From an uncultured Alphaproteobacteria bacterium (lineage in GTDB: Bacteria; Pseudomonadota; Alphaproteobacteria; RF32; CAG-239), in NCBI GenBank assembly GCA_944393685.1, contig CALYAW010000002.1, positions 79,586 to 143,585 on the forward strand: DNA of 64,000 bases. The letters run 5' to 3'. Positions 18,948 through 28,059 of the stretch are shown in pieces. Under the pieces are notes generated by a model, which saw only the letters and a program-made list of their open reading frames with translations, had not been told where the DNA came from and did no database searches. The stretch's first letter is position 1. Each line of letters begins with the position of its first letter. The position numbers and the translations under genes were made by a program.

Positions 18948-19608
18948 AAATTTTCAGAATATATTTTTTCCCTTTCATTTCAAAAAATGCAGGATAGTTT
19001 TCGTTATCTACAATCCTTAATAGATTAAACTGATTTGCAATACTTTGGTGAATATCAAGTTTGCTATCTACAGGACTACGCTTAGCGTAAAATGTTTCCA
19101 CCCCCGTTTGCTCTTTTCCTGTTTGAATAATCGACGGATAGCTAGAGACGAAGGAAATACACATTTCTACGATTTTTTTACCCATTTTTTCTTGCCACTC
19201 ACTTATCAATTCTGAGCCGTCTAATAAGACTGAATCTTGTATATATATTTTCCCGGCATCTACTTTTTCATCTGCTTCAAATAAAGTTAGTGGAATACTG
19301 TCCTTTCCCTCTAAAATTTGCCAACTAGCTGGAGACCATCCTTTTCCTGACGGTAAATTGCTTGCATGCACTACAATATTGTGTCTATTTAGCGCTAATT
19401 TTTCTTTTTTTATGATTTCAAAACAACTCAAAAAAAAGGCTATATCTCCTTTTTGTAGTTGAATTTTATTATCTATTAACCTGACTTCATGTCCTTGGCA
19501 TGTCAAATACTCTTGCAAGGTTAGATTATATTTATTCATCCAACTGGTTTTATCTGTTAATATCGTGATCTTAAGCATTTTATTGCACCTCTTCAAATAA
19601 ATCCGCAT
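18928..19608 (-). CDS. Formyltransferase-domain protein (Met-tRNA formyltransferase / PurN-like N-terminal domain)
   Basis: 'HNIVVHASNLPSGKGWSP' matches the formyl_trans_N catalytic region (HxSLLPxxRG-like). 226 aa. Confidence 0.6.
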   Translation of the reverse strand: MRIYLKRCNKMLKITILTDKTSWMNKYNLTLQEYLTCQGHEVRLIDNKIQLQKGDIAFFLSCFEIIKKEKLALNRHNIVVHASNLPSGKGWSPASWQILEGKDSIPLTLFEADEKVDAGKIYIQDSVLLDGSELISEWQEKMGKKIVEMCISFVSSYPSIIQTGKEQTGVETFYAKRSPVDSKLDIHQSIANQFNLLRIVDNENYPAFFEMKGKKYILKIYGDQDV

Positions 19609-21631
19609 CTTTCAATCTTTTGGCAATCTGGGACAATTCTGAAACAGAAACATTTATGCGATTACTGATATCAATTAAATCATTTGTTCCATCGCTATAA
19701 GCTATTAAATCCATCATGTGTTGAACAATTGATTTTGTGTCTTTTGTGCTTGTAGTTGGGTAAAGACCTCTCTTTCCAAGCTGTGGTTCTCCCAAACATT
19801 TTATTTTATACTTTTTATTTCCTTCTATCGTTGTAATTAATTCTTTATATAACTCAAAAGTTTCTTGCAAGGCATCTGCTGTTACAAAGTTTAAATTGTC
19901 TCCTGAGGTATGATATTCTGGATAAGTTCCATATTTACTTCTTATTACAGAACAGAACGGTAAATCAACTCCTGGAGCACAATATTGTCTCTCGTCAGAG
20001 CCTCTGTCTAAAAAAGTATAAGATTTATAATCTGATGTATTATTACACAATACATTTAGCGCGACTTTGTCTGCAAAAGTATTGCCATATCTGCTTGGAA
20101 TATAAGAAAATTTTCCAGGATCTCCAACACAGGTCAAAATAAAACCCGCCTTTACTTTTTGTTTCAAATGGTGCAAATGTTCTGTAATATATGTGATACT
20201 TCCTATGGTTTCCGGCGCAAAAACAAAACGATAGGTATAATGATTAGGATGAACACTCAGCCACTTTGCTAAAAAGATTGCCAATACAGGACCTGATAAT
20301 TCATTGTTGGCCATGGAAGGATGGCATACATACGTAGAAAACATTATTTCTTCATCAGTTTCTCCCGGAATAACCAAATCCGCGTATGTTAGGGCTCCTT
20401 CTTTTAATTCAGAGTCTATAAAAATTTCATATACATCTTCTTTCAACGACAATCTTTGTGTTTCTGTCATGCAAAAACCGTAGCGCTCTTTATAATAAGA
20501 GGTAATGTAAGGAATCAAGTTCGGTTGTTGGGGTAATGTATATATGATTTCATTCAACTCTTTTAGTGAGACCTTTTTATGAACAGGGATTGAATAGCCG
20601 ACGACATGCAAATTATTTTCTTTAAAATCAATAATTTTATTTCCTGTACTATCTTTAATCCACGCATCTTTGATATTCCATTCTTGAGGAATAACCCAGT
20701 CTTGAACTTGTGTTCCACTGGCTTTCTCATGAATTTGAAGGTGGGGCATAATCTTTTGAAGCTCTTGAAGTGTTTGACGAACGCCATTTCCTGTTAGTGA
20801 ACGGCATATGGGAAACAAACGCTTTATCCACGAATAAATGACCTTACCTTCTCCACCTTGATACAACGCTGCCTTATCGCAAGAATTGTTTTTTATATTA
20901 TCGTCAATAGCATCACACGCTTGTTTCATATCAATTAGTTTTATAAATGAATTTCCTACATAACTTTTCTTTTCTATGTTCCTTTGGCCAAATTCATTAA
21001 ATAATATATAGCCTAATGAAATTAAATCTCTATCTAGATAACGAACATACATTGAATATGTTTTGCTTGAGCGAGTTCCTTCTTCATTAATATAATCTGC
21101 AGTAAATTCTTTTGAAAAACGATATGGAACTAAATTACATGTTTCTACATAGTGGCAAAATGTTGCAGAATCAGAATAGTCAATATTAATAAATAAATTT
21201 TTTGCCCCTATTGCATAGAACCAGCCAAAAATAGAATCTGCGCCAAAAGAATCTTTGTAATCTAAAGAAGTAAGATAGTCTTTGTCTTTCCCATAAACTG
21301 CAAATGAATAAATTGGGTGTTTTGTTCTCTTAAAATCATTTCTCTGTAATGCTTGTTTTGATAAGATACCTGTTTTAGAGGTGGTTTTGTTATAATCGAA
21401 TGTCTTCCCTTTACAAAAACCCCAGTTATATGTCGGAAAAACCAAATTTCCATTATCGCCGACAACTTCTTTTAATGTATCTATAATCATATCTAAAGAA
21501 AGGTCTTCTTTTCGTTCCTGTGCATCACAAAGCAATTGCGTAACATCTGAAGATACAAATAAAGTATCACCCTTTTGAAGCCCCATGTTGATAATATTTT
21601 TTTTAAAGTCATCTATAAGCATATTACACAC
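19580..21631 (-). CDS. Fusion protein: N-terminal AAC(3)-family N-acetyltransferase plus C-terminal M28-peptidase/DUF4910-like domain
   Basis: N-terminal 'MGLQKGDTLFVSSDVTQL' resembles the AAC(3) (Antibiotic_NAT) motif 'GDxLxVHSSL'. The C-terminal half (HPSMANNELSGPVLAIFLAKWL...FVFAPETIGS) is M28/aminopeptidase-like. 683 aa. Confidence 0.5.
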   Translation of the reverse strand: MCNMLIDDFKKNIINMGLQKGDTLFVSSDVTQLLCDAQERKEDLSLDMIIDTLKEVVGDNGNLVFPTYNWGFCKGKTFDYNKTTSKTGILSKQALQRNDFKRTKHPIYSFAVYGKDKDYLTSLDYKDSFGADSIFGWFYAIGAKNLFINIDYSDSATFCHYVETCNLVPYRFSKEFTADYINEEGTRSSKTYSMYVRYLDRDLISLGYILFNEFGQRNIEKKSYVGNSFIKLIDMKQACDAIDDNIKNNSCDKAALYQGGEGKVIYSWIKRLFPICRSLTGNGVRQTLQELQKIMPHLQIHEKASGTQVQDWVIPQEWNIKDAWIKDSTGNKIIDFKENNLHVVGYSIPVHKKVSLKELNEIIYTLPQQPNLIPYITSYYKERYGFCMTETQRLSLKEDVYEIFIDSELKEGALTYADLVIPGETDEEIMFSTYVCHPSMANNELSGPVLAIFLAKWLSVHPNHYTYRFVFAPETIGSITYITEHLHHLKQKVKAGFILTCVGDPGKFSYIPSRYGNTFADKVALNVLCNNTSDYKSYTFLDRGSDERQYCAPGVDLPFCSVIRSKYGTYPEYHTSGDNLNFVTADALQETFELYKELITTIEGNKKYKIKCLGEPQLGKRGLYPTTSTKDTKSIVQHMMDLIAYSDGTNDLIDISNRINVSVSELSQIAKRLKDADLFEEVQ

Positions 21632-22391
21632 CTAAAAGAAAAGATACGTCTTTTGCAAAGTCATCAAGATTTTCTTTGCTGTTTTTATTTGTTTCTATGG
21701 ATATTATCGCATCTGCCGGAAAAACTTCTGCCTTCAAATATTGAATATCCAGTCGGCCTGTTCCTAAATGAGGGTGCGCATCATACGGAGAAGTCATATC
21801 TGAAACGTCCGATAAATGAAACATCTGAGGGTGAAATTGTAATAAATCTTTTATATAAAAATATGCTTCTATACCTTGTGAATTTGCAGAACAAATCGCA
21901 TGCCCTATATCTAAACAAAAACCACATTTCGCAATTTCTTTAATTAAGGAGATTTCTTTGATTGTTGATCCTCGGCAATATTCTCCTCCCATTTTATTTG
22001 GCAAGGCCACAAATGGTTTGTTTTCAATTAAGGCTCGTGATTCTTTTAATTTTGACAGTTGACGAGCCGTCTCTTCGACAGTCCCGTCAATACCTCCATG
22101 AAAAATTATGTATTTTGCCTCCAATTCGTCAGCAAAACGTTTTGTTTGTTCATAGATTTCTATATTGCGTTTTTCATGATCTTTTTTGGCAAGATTAAAA
22201 CCATGCGCAAAATGTGGATTATGAATGATAAACGGAATTTGTAATTTTTTCCATAAATCTAAGGTTTCCTGTGTATCCGGAACAACATATAACTCTATAT
22301 AATCATAAACTCCGCGCTCATATAATTTTTCTGCTTCGTGCAGATAAGAATCGGTATTAATCGACCATAATTTTAGCCCTAGTTTATACAT
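21624..22391 (-). CDS. Xylose-isomerase-like TIM-barrel sugar phosphate isomerase/epimerase
   Basis: 255 aa; AP_endonuc_2-like pattern (FHGG...; HLGTGRLD). Confidence 0.6.
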   Translation of the reverse strand: MYKLGLKLWSINTDSYLHEAEKLYERGVYDYIELYVVPDTQETLDLWKKLQIPFIIHNPHFAHGFNLAKKDHEKRNIEIYEQTKRFADELEAKYIIFHGGIDGTVEETARQLSKLKESRALIENKPFVALPNKMGGEYCRGSTIKEISLIKEIAKCGFCLDIGHAICSANSQGIEAYFYIKDLLQFHPQMFHLSDVSDMTSPYDAHPHLGTGRLDIQYLKAEVFPADAIISIETNKNSKENLDDFAKDVSFLLGV

Positions 22392-23064
22392 TATGCATAA
22401 CCTTATATTTTATTTCTGCCATTTTCCAATCTTCAAGTGTATCAATATCTTGTATTTGACTTTCATCCATCTCAAAAAAAGAAGTTCTATTTTCTTTTCT
22501 TTGAAAAATGTAGTTTTTCATAAAGTAAAACATTCCAACATCATGGTACAATGGCTCTAAATCTTGAGATCGCTTGGAGGCATTTTCTGGTTCACGATAT
22601 TCAAGATATCCTTGTTGGTTAATTCGGAAAGCTCTTTGAATCGGAAAAGAAAATCTTACAACTGGCGTTAATGCATCACAATCTTTATAATAAAATTCTT
22701 CATAGGCTCGCCTTAATATTTCCCCTGTTAAAAAAGGAACACACGGATAAATACAACAGATTGTATCAAAATTCTTACCTTGTTCTTGATACTTTTCAAT
22801 CACTTCTTTCAATACATCTGCTGTTGTCGCATAATCATTGGATGTTTGTTGTGACCTCATAAACGGAATTTTTGCGCCATACTTTAGAGAAATATCAGCA
22901 ATTTCTTCATCTTCCGTCGAAACCATTATCTCACTAAAAATTTGGCTATCTTGTGCAGCTTTTATTGCATAAGATATCATTGGCTTTCCCATAAATTCTT
23001 TGATGTTTTTGCGTGGGATTCTTTTAGAGCCGCCTCGCGCTGTGATAATAGCTACAGAAGACAT
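22384..23064 (-). CDS. pseF: Acylneuraminate/pseudaminic acid cytidylyltransferase (CMP-nonulosonic acid synthetase, PseF/NeuA family)
   Basis: 'AIITARGGSKRIPRKNIKEFMGKPMISYAIKAA' is the canonical CTP_transf_3 N-terminus. Confidence 0.85.
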   Translation of the reverse strand: MSSVAIITARGGSKRIPRKNIKEFMGKPMISYAIKAAQDSQIFSEIMVSTEDEEIADISLKYGAKIPFMRSQQTSNDYATTADVLKEVIEKYQEQGKNFDTICCIYPCVPFLTGEILRRAYEEFYYKDCDALTPVVRFSFPIQRAFRINQQGYLEYREPENASKRSQDLEPLYHDVGMFYFMKNYIFQRKENRTSFFEMDESQIQDIDTLEDWKMAEIKYKVMHNV

Positions 23065-24164
23065 TACTCTATCTCCTTTACCCTCTTTATAATTTCTTCC
23101 AAATCAGTATCCGTTAAACTAGGATAAAGTGGAAGAGATATACATTGTGAGTAATATTGTTCCGCTTTGGGATAATCCCCTCGCTTGTAGCCAAAGCGAG
23201 TATAGTATGGCTGAGTATGAACCGGAATATAATGAACTTGAAGATTTAATCCGTTTTCTCGTGCTTTAAAATAAAAATCACGACGATTTTTAACTAATAT
23301 CGGATATAAATGAAAACAGGCATTAGAATATTTTCTTTCTTGAAGATGTTTTATTCCTAAGTTTTTATTATAAAAATCAACGATTTCACGACGGCGTTTT
23401 TTGAATACATCTAGTTTCTTTAGTTGGCTTATTCCTAAAGCTGCTTGAATATCTGTCATGCGATAATTATAACCAAGTTCCCGCATTTCATATTCCCAAG
23501 TTTCTACCATGTCTTTATCTTTGTGCATTCCATGAGATCGTAGTGCACAAAGTTTTTCGTATAATTCTTTGTTATTGGTAGTAATTGCTCCTCCCTCACC
23601 CGTGGTGATAGTTTTGACCGGGTGGAAAGAAAAAACCGTCATATCCGAATAAGCGCAAGATCCAACCTTTGTATCTTTATAATCTGAACCAATTGCGTGA
23701 GCGGCATCTTCTATAACATACAAATTATGTTTATGAGCTATTTCAGAAATTGCTTCCATGTCACAGGATTGCCCTGCAAAATGAACTGGTATCAATACCT
23801 TTGTCTTATCTGTAATGTGCCTCTCAATTTCTTGCGGTGATATATTTGCTGTTTCTTCTTCTATATCTGCAAATACAGGTGTTGCCCCCGTATAACATAT
23901 ACAATTGGCTGAAGACAAAAATGTTATGGGTGATGTTATTGCCTCATCGCCTTTGCTTAGTCCTGTGGCCATTGCCGCTATATGCAATCCCGCCGTAGCA
24001 TTTGAAACTGCAACACAATATTTGGCTCCTGTATATTTGCAAATCTCTTGTTCAAATTCCTTAATCTTAGGTCCGCAAGTAAGATAATCGCTCTTTAAAA
24101 CATCCATTACTGCCGAAATGTCGCTATCATCTATTGTTTGATGCCCATATCCGTATTTAATCAA
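23064..24164 (-). CDS. pseC: PLP-dependent DegT/PseC-type aminotransferase (UDP-4-amino-4,6-dideoxy-N-acetyl-beta-L-altrosamine transaminase-like)
   Basis: DegT_DnrJ_EryC1 family: N-terminal 'GYGHQTIDDSDISAVMDVLKSDYLT', the PLP region 'SFHPVKTITTGEGG' and a C-terminal SPAT signature. Overlaps pseB by 8 nt. Confidence 0.85.
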   Translation of the reverse strand: MIKYGYGHQTIDDSDISAVMDVLKSDYLTCGPKIKEFEQEICKYTGAKYCVAVSNATAGLHIAAMATGLSKGDEAITSPITFLSSANCICYTGATPVFADIEEETANISPQEIERHITDKTKVLIPVHFAGQSCDMEAISEIAHKHNLYVIEDAAHAIGSDYKDTKVGSCAYSDMTVFSFHPVKTITTGEGGAITTNNKELYEKLCALRSHGMHKDKDMVETWEYEMRELGYNYRMTDIQAALGISQLKKLDVFKKRRREIVDFYNKNLGIKHLQERKYSNACFHLYPILVKNRRDFYFKARENGLNLQVHYIPVHTQPYYTRFGYKRGDYPKAEQYYSQCISLPLYPSLTDTDLEEIIKRVKEIE

Positions 24165-25161
24165 TGTCTAAATCCTTTATTAAATTTTTCATATCATCTA
24201 CACTTAGCCACCATGTGTTTGTTCCAGAATTATATGAGAACCTTGGCGCCACCGGTTTTCCTCCCATTTCTTTGGCATGCTCATGCCACCATGGCGTATC
24301 TGGATAAATGACATAGTACCTATCAAACTCCATGGTATGATGAGCGTCTTCTTCTGAGATCATTTGCTCGTGTATCTTTTCTCCTGGACGAATGCCTATT
24401 TCTCTTATCGGCAAATCTGGTGCAATCGCTTGAGCAAGTTCTGGCATCCGCATAGAGGGAATTTTTTTGACAAATAATTCTCCTCCTTGCATTACTTCAA
24501 AAGCATTAATCACCATTTCCACTGCTTCTTCCAGCTTTAGCCAAAAACGTGTCATGGAACAATCTGTAATGGGAAGATATTCTGCTTTTTCTTTTACAAG
24601 ATTCAAAAAGTACGGGATTACAGAACCTCTTGAGCCTGCAACGTTGCCATATCGTACAACGGAAAACTTTGTCCTTTTATCCCCTCTGTATCCATTGGCT
24701 GCAATAAAAAGTTTGTCTGAACATAATTTTGTTGCTCCATACAAATTAACCGGAGAACTTGCTTTGTCCGTTGATAACGCAACAACTTTTTCAACATTGC
24801 TTTCAAGTGCAACATCTATAACATTTTGGGCTCCTAGAACATTGGTCTTGATTGCTTCAAAAGGATTGTATTCACAGGCTGGGACCTGTTTTAAGGCGGC
24901 GGCATGAATTACGTAGTCCACATTTTCCATAGCTAAACGTAGCCGTTCTTTATCCCTAACATCGCCAATAAAAAATCTTATTTTTGGTAAATATTTTTTT
25001 AGTTCAGGCATATTAGACATCATAAACTGTTTAAACTCGTCTCTTGAGTATATGATAATCTTTTTAACGTCCGGATTGCTTTCTAAGACTGTTTTTGTAA
25101 ATTTTTTACCAAAGGATCCCGTGCCACCTGTGATAAAAAGAGTTTTTCCGCTAAAATCCAT
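24157..25161 (-). CDS. pseB: UDP-N-acetylglucosamine 4,6-dehydratase (inverting), PseB/FlaA1 family
   Basis: Near-colinear with C. jejuni/H. pylori PseB as I recall it: 'LFITGGTGSFGK', 'IIYSRDEFKQ', 'FFIGDVRDKERL', 'YNPFEAIKTNVLGAQNVID', 'LSTDKASSPVNLYGATKLCSDKLF', 'RYGNVAGSRGSVIPYF'. Confidence 0.95.
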   Translation of the reverse strand: MDFSGKTLFITGGTGSFGKKFTKTVLESNPDVKKIIIYSRDEFKQFMMSNMPELKKYLPKIRFFIGDVRDKERLRLAMENVDYVIHAAALKQVPACEYNPFEAIKTNVLGAQNVIDVALESNVEKVVALSTDKASSPVNLYGATKLCSDKLFIAANGYRGDKRTKFSVVRYGNVAGSRGSVIPYFLNLVKEKAEYLPITDCSMTRFWLKLEEAVEMVINAFEVMQGGELFVKKIPSMRMPELAQAIAPDLPIREIGIRPGEKIHEQMISEEDAHHTMEFDRYYVIYPDTPWWHEHAKEMGGKPVAPRFSYNSGTNTWWLSVDDMKNLIKDLDID

Positions 25162-25168
25162 TTTTCCT

Positions 25169-26341
25169 CTACTCTACCCTTATATTTCTTGATATTGTTC
25201 GAACGATATCATACCCGTCCCAAAACACGCCGATATCCATAGCTTTGCCTATGGGAACGATGCGATCTATCCCTTTGACATTGGAATTTATCAAGCTATC
25301 ACAAAAAAAACTTGAGTCAACTCCAAAATAGGTAACGGTTTGAAATCTATCACTAATAATATGTAAAAGTTCTTTTATATCTGATAATGAATATTCATAA
25401 AAATATCCACTCTTTCCTCGATGGTTAACAACTCCATCATCTAATTTTGAAAGCTCTTCGCGATAAATCAAATTCTCTTCTCTGGTACAGCTCAAAAAAT
25501 TCGGATTATTTATCGCCTCCTCACACATTAGTGTATATTTGTCTATTGCTGAAGCATCTTGCAATAAATATTTTTGCTTAGACGCCTCATAGATTGCCTC
25601 CCAAAATATATCTCTGGCTTTGGATGAATCATTTTGCCATAAAATAAGTTGTGGAGAAGAGCAAGCGTTTTGATCCATTAAATATGTATCATTATAAAAA
25701 TTATCTGCCAACCTTTTAATTTCTTCAGAACTTGCTTCTATGATGCTGTGACCATCTATTATAGCTAAGGAATATCTATCAGCAAATGTGATATCTATGC
25801 ATCTCGGTTTTGTCGGCATTTGTTTGATTAAAGAAATCGTTTCATCTCCTCCCCATATCATACGAACATCTGCCATCTTACAAAATACAGATGTAATCTC
25901 ATCATCTCGAGGATATGTTATAAATGCTGTTCTTGTTTCTATTTCAGGATATTTTTTTAATACGTCCTTAAATATATCGCATAAAATTTCTACCTGCGGA
26001 TATTTCTTGCTGGGTAAACGCACAATGTTAGCATTACCAGCCAGTAATCCAAACAAAAAAGTAAATGCGAAATTAATCGGTATATTAGATGGTGCTATAT
26101 GAAAGCATAATCCTCGTCCCAACCATCTGTTGCATTCTCCGAAGTCTCTTTTTAACTTTTCTATATTTTTCTTTCTTCCCCAAAATGCTAACGCGGATAA
26201 ATCCGGATATTGACGGATTAAGGAAGATGTCATTATTTTCTCAGATACATTGGTTATAAAACTGCAAACATCTTCATTATACACCGATAATGGTGTTTGA
26301 ATGATATTTTCTGAACCTATAATAAAATTAACGTTTTTCAT
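25169..26341 (-). CDS. LuxC-like acyl-CoA/acyl-protein reductase
   Basis: 390 aa. LuxC family by length and overall pattern; compare V. cholerae O1 RfbO. Confidence 0.55.
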   Translation of the reverse strand: MKNVNFIIGSENIIQTPLSVYNEDVCSFITNVSEKIMTSSLIRQYPDLSALAFWGRKKNIEKLKRDFGECNRWLGRGLCFHIAPSNIPINFAFTFLFGLLAGNANIVRLPSKKYPQVEILCDIFKDVLKKYPEIETRTAFITYPRDDEITSVFCKMADVRMIWGGDETISLIKQMPTKPRCIDITFADRYSLAIIDGHSIIEASSEEIKRLADNFYNDTYLMDQNACSSPQLILWQNDSSKARDIFWEAIYEASKQKYLLQDASAIDKYTLMCEEAINNPNFLSCTREENLIYREELSKLDDGVVNHRGKSGYFYEYSLSDIKELLHIISDRFQTVTYFGVDSSFFCDSLINSNVKGIDRIVPIGKAMDIGVFWDGYDIVRTISRNIRVE

Positions 26342-27404
26342 ATGTGTCGCTACATCCTCTCAATTCGGCATTTTTTATTCGACCGTAAATTTTAAAGTAT
26401 TTTCCTTTTCGCCCGCAAGGACAATCGTCTTCTCCCAAGATTGCTCCTTCATCTTCTGTTAAAATAATATGTCCGGGATAACTTGTCGGAAGAACGGACA
26501 AAAGCTCAATCAAGCCTTTCTCTCCTATATTTGCTTCGGAAAAATCTTTTGCTCTACGAATAATCACATCAGAATAATTGGAACAATGCATGTGCCCGTG
26601 CTCACATTCAACAAAAACAGATCCTAATTGTTCTGCCATTCCGTAATAATTATATACCTTCACGTTTCCTAAACATTTTTGTATTCGACGATTAAATTCT
26701 AAAACATCGACTGCCTGATCTTTTAGTTTTTTCCAGCCGCCTATGTGAAATAAAATCGCGTTTTTGATATTAAACGAGATATTATTTTCTTCTAATGCTC
26801 GAACAACAAATTGCCATATCATATACGTGTATCCAAACATTAAGATTGGCTCATTTTCGTGCTCTTTGATAAAATCAGAAACTTTTTGGATATTAATATT
26901 CATATTCTCATCTAATGCATATGTACTATTTCTGCCAAAAATCGAAAAACCTATAATCCCGGCTCCTCGAGCAGAATACATCGTCCGATCTTTTTTTATC
27001 ATTTCTGTATCTAAAAGCAATAATGGCAACCTAGACTTACCAATAAAAGAAGAAATAATTTCATTCAATGTTTTGGTTTGATTGCGAACATTCTCTGCAT
27101 CCAAAAATATTTTAGAAACCGCCTGTCCGGATGTCCCTGATGATGTAAGCGTTTTGGTAATCTGTTCGTCCGAAACACTTTTTAATTCAAATTGTTTGAA
27201 AAGTCTGACAGGGATAAAAGGTAAATCTGCACTAGAAAAAACTTCTTGTGGATTGTACCCCAAGGCTTTAAGAATTTTGGCATATTCAGGACAATTTTTA
27301 TAATGTTTTACCGTAAGTTCTTTGAGAATTTGCGTCAAAACTTTATTTTTCTCGGATTTTGTTAATGAATATGGGGCTATCTGAAACAAGTCATTTAATG
27401 TCAT
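26328..27404 (-). CDS. LuxE-like acyl-protein synthetase
   Basis: 358 aa; LuxE family by N-terminal 'TKSEKNKVLTQILKELTVKHYKNCPEY' and a C-terminal Cys-containing region; compare V. cholerae O1 RfbN. Confidence 0.55.
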   Translation of the reverse strand: MTLNDLFQIAPYSLTKSEKNKVLTQILKELTVKHYKNCPEYAKILKALGYNPQEVFSSADLPFIPVRLFKQFELKSVSDEQITKTLTSSGTSGQAVSKIFLDAENVRNQTKTLNEIISSFIGKSRLPLLLLDTEMIKKDRTMYSARGAGIIGFSIFGRNSTYALDENMNINIQKVSDFIKEHENEPILMFGYTYMIWQFVVRALEENNISFNIKNAILFHIGGWKKLKDQAVDVLEFNRRIQKCLGNVKVYNYYGMAEQLGSVFVECEHGHMHCSNYSDVIIRRAKDFSEANIGEKGLIELLSVLPTSYPGHIILTEDEGAILGEDDCPCGRKGKYFKIYGRIKNAELRGCSDTYEKR

Positions 27405-28059
27405 CTTTTATTTCCTTTATAAAAACATCTTTCGGCTCAGAAAAGATTGCTCCCAATGCAGTATATAGATTCAAAACAGCCATATTTTGCGAGCTTATAC
27501 GCCCATTTAATTTCTTGTAGCCTTTTTCATATGCTGTTTTGCAAGCCGTTGCATATAATGCCATCGCAGCTCCGCTCATGCGATATTTTTCATCTACGGC
27601 GGCCAAATACACAAATAGCGAAGAAATATCCTCTTCTTGCAATGCTAAAAATCCTATAGGCTTATCCTTAAAGATGGCAACTAATACCTTATCTAGGTTG
27701 TTGACATATTCTTTTAAAACATATCTCGAAATATCTTTTGAACATAATGGAGCCACATGAAAACGCCTATCATAAAGAAATGAATCTTCTGCTATCTGTA
27801 AAATCTCATTTTTATATTCCGATGTTTCAATGATAGGTAAACGTATAAATTTATCCAAATCTATTGAACATTTATTTAAACTTACGGAGGCTTTTATGGT
27901 TCTGTCTGCAAAATAAAAGCCCTGCTGCTGCATCAATATTTCCGAATTAGCGGAACTAGGCAATTCAACACGCAAATATTGAGCTCCTGACGCATTCCAA
28001 TCTTGAATTTGTGCTGCATCATCGTTAAATACCTTAAAAGCTCCATAATCTTTTAACAT
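27391..28059 (-). CDS. GNAT-family N-acyltransferase (candidate PseH-like or acyl-group transferase)
   Basis: 222 aa; acetyl-CoA-binding-like region 'LAAVDEKYRMSGAAMALYATACKTAYEKGYKKL'. Confidence 0.5.
   Translation of the reverse strand: MLKDYGAFKVFNDDAAQIQDWNASGAQYLRVELPSSANSEILMQQQGFYFADRTIKASVSLNKCSIDLDKFIRLPIIETSEYKNEILQIAEDSFLYDRRFHVAPLCSKDISRYVLKEYVNNLDKVLVAIFKDKPIGFLALQEEDISSLFVYLAAVDEKYRMSGAAMALYATACKTAYEKGYKKLNGRISSQNMAVLNLYTALGAIFSEPKDVFIKEIKDDIK

Noticed and set aside
24467-24907. 146-aa plus-strand ORF antisense to pseB, and similar antisense ORFs inside proS, trkH, metG and the ABC genes (e.g. 5098..5349, 9299..9556, 11325..11708, 42199..42528)
   Set aside because: They are fully embedded antisense to strongly supported conserved genes and have no independent signals.
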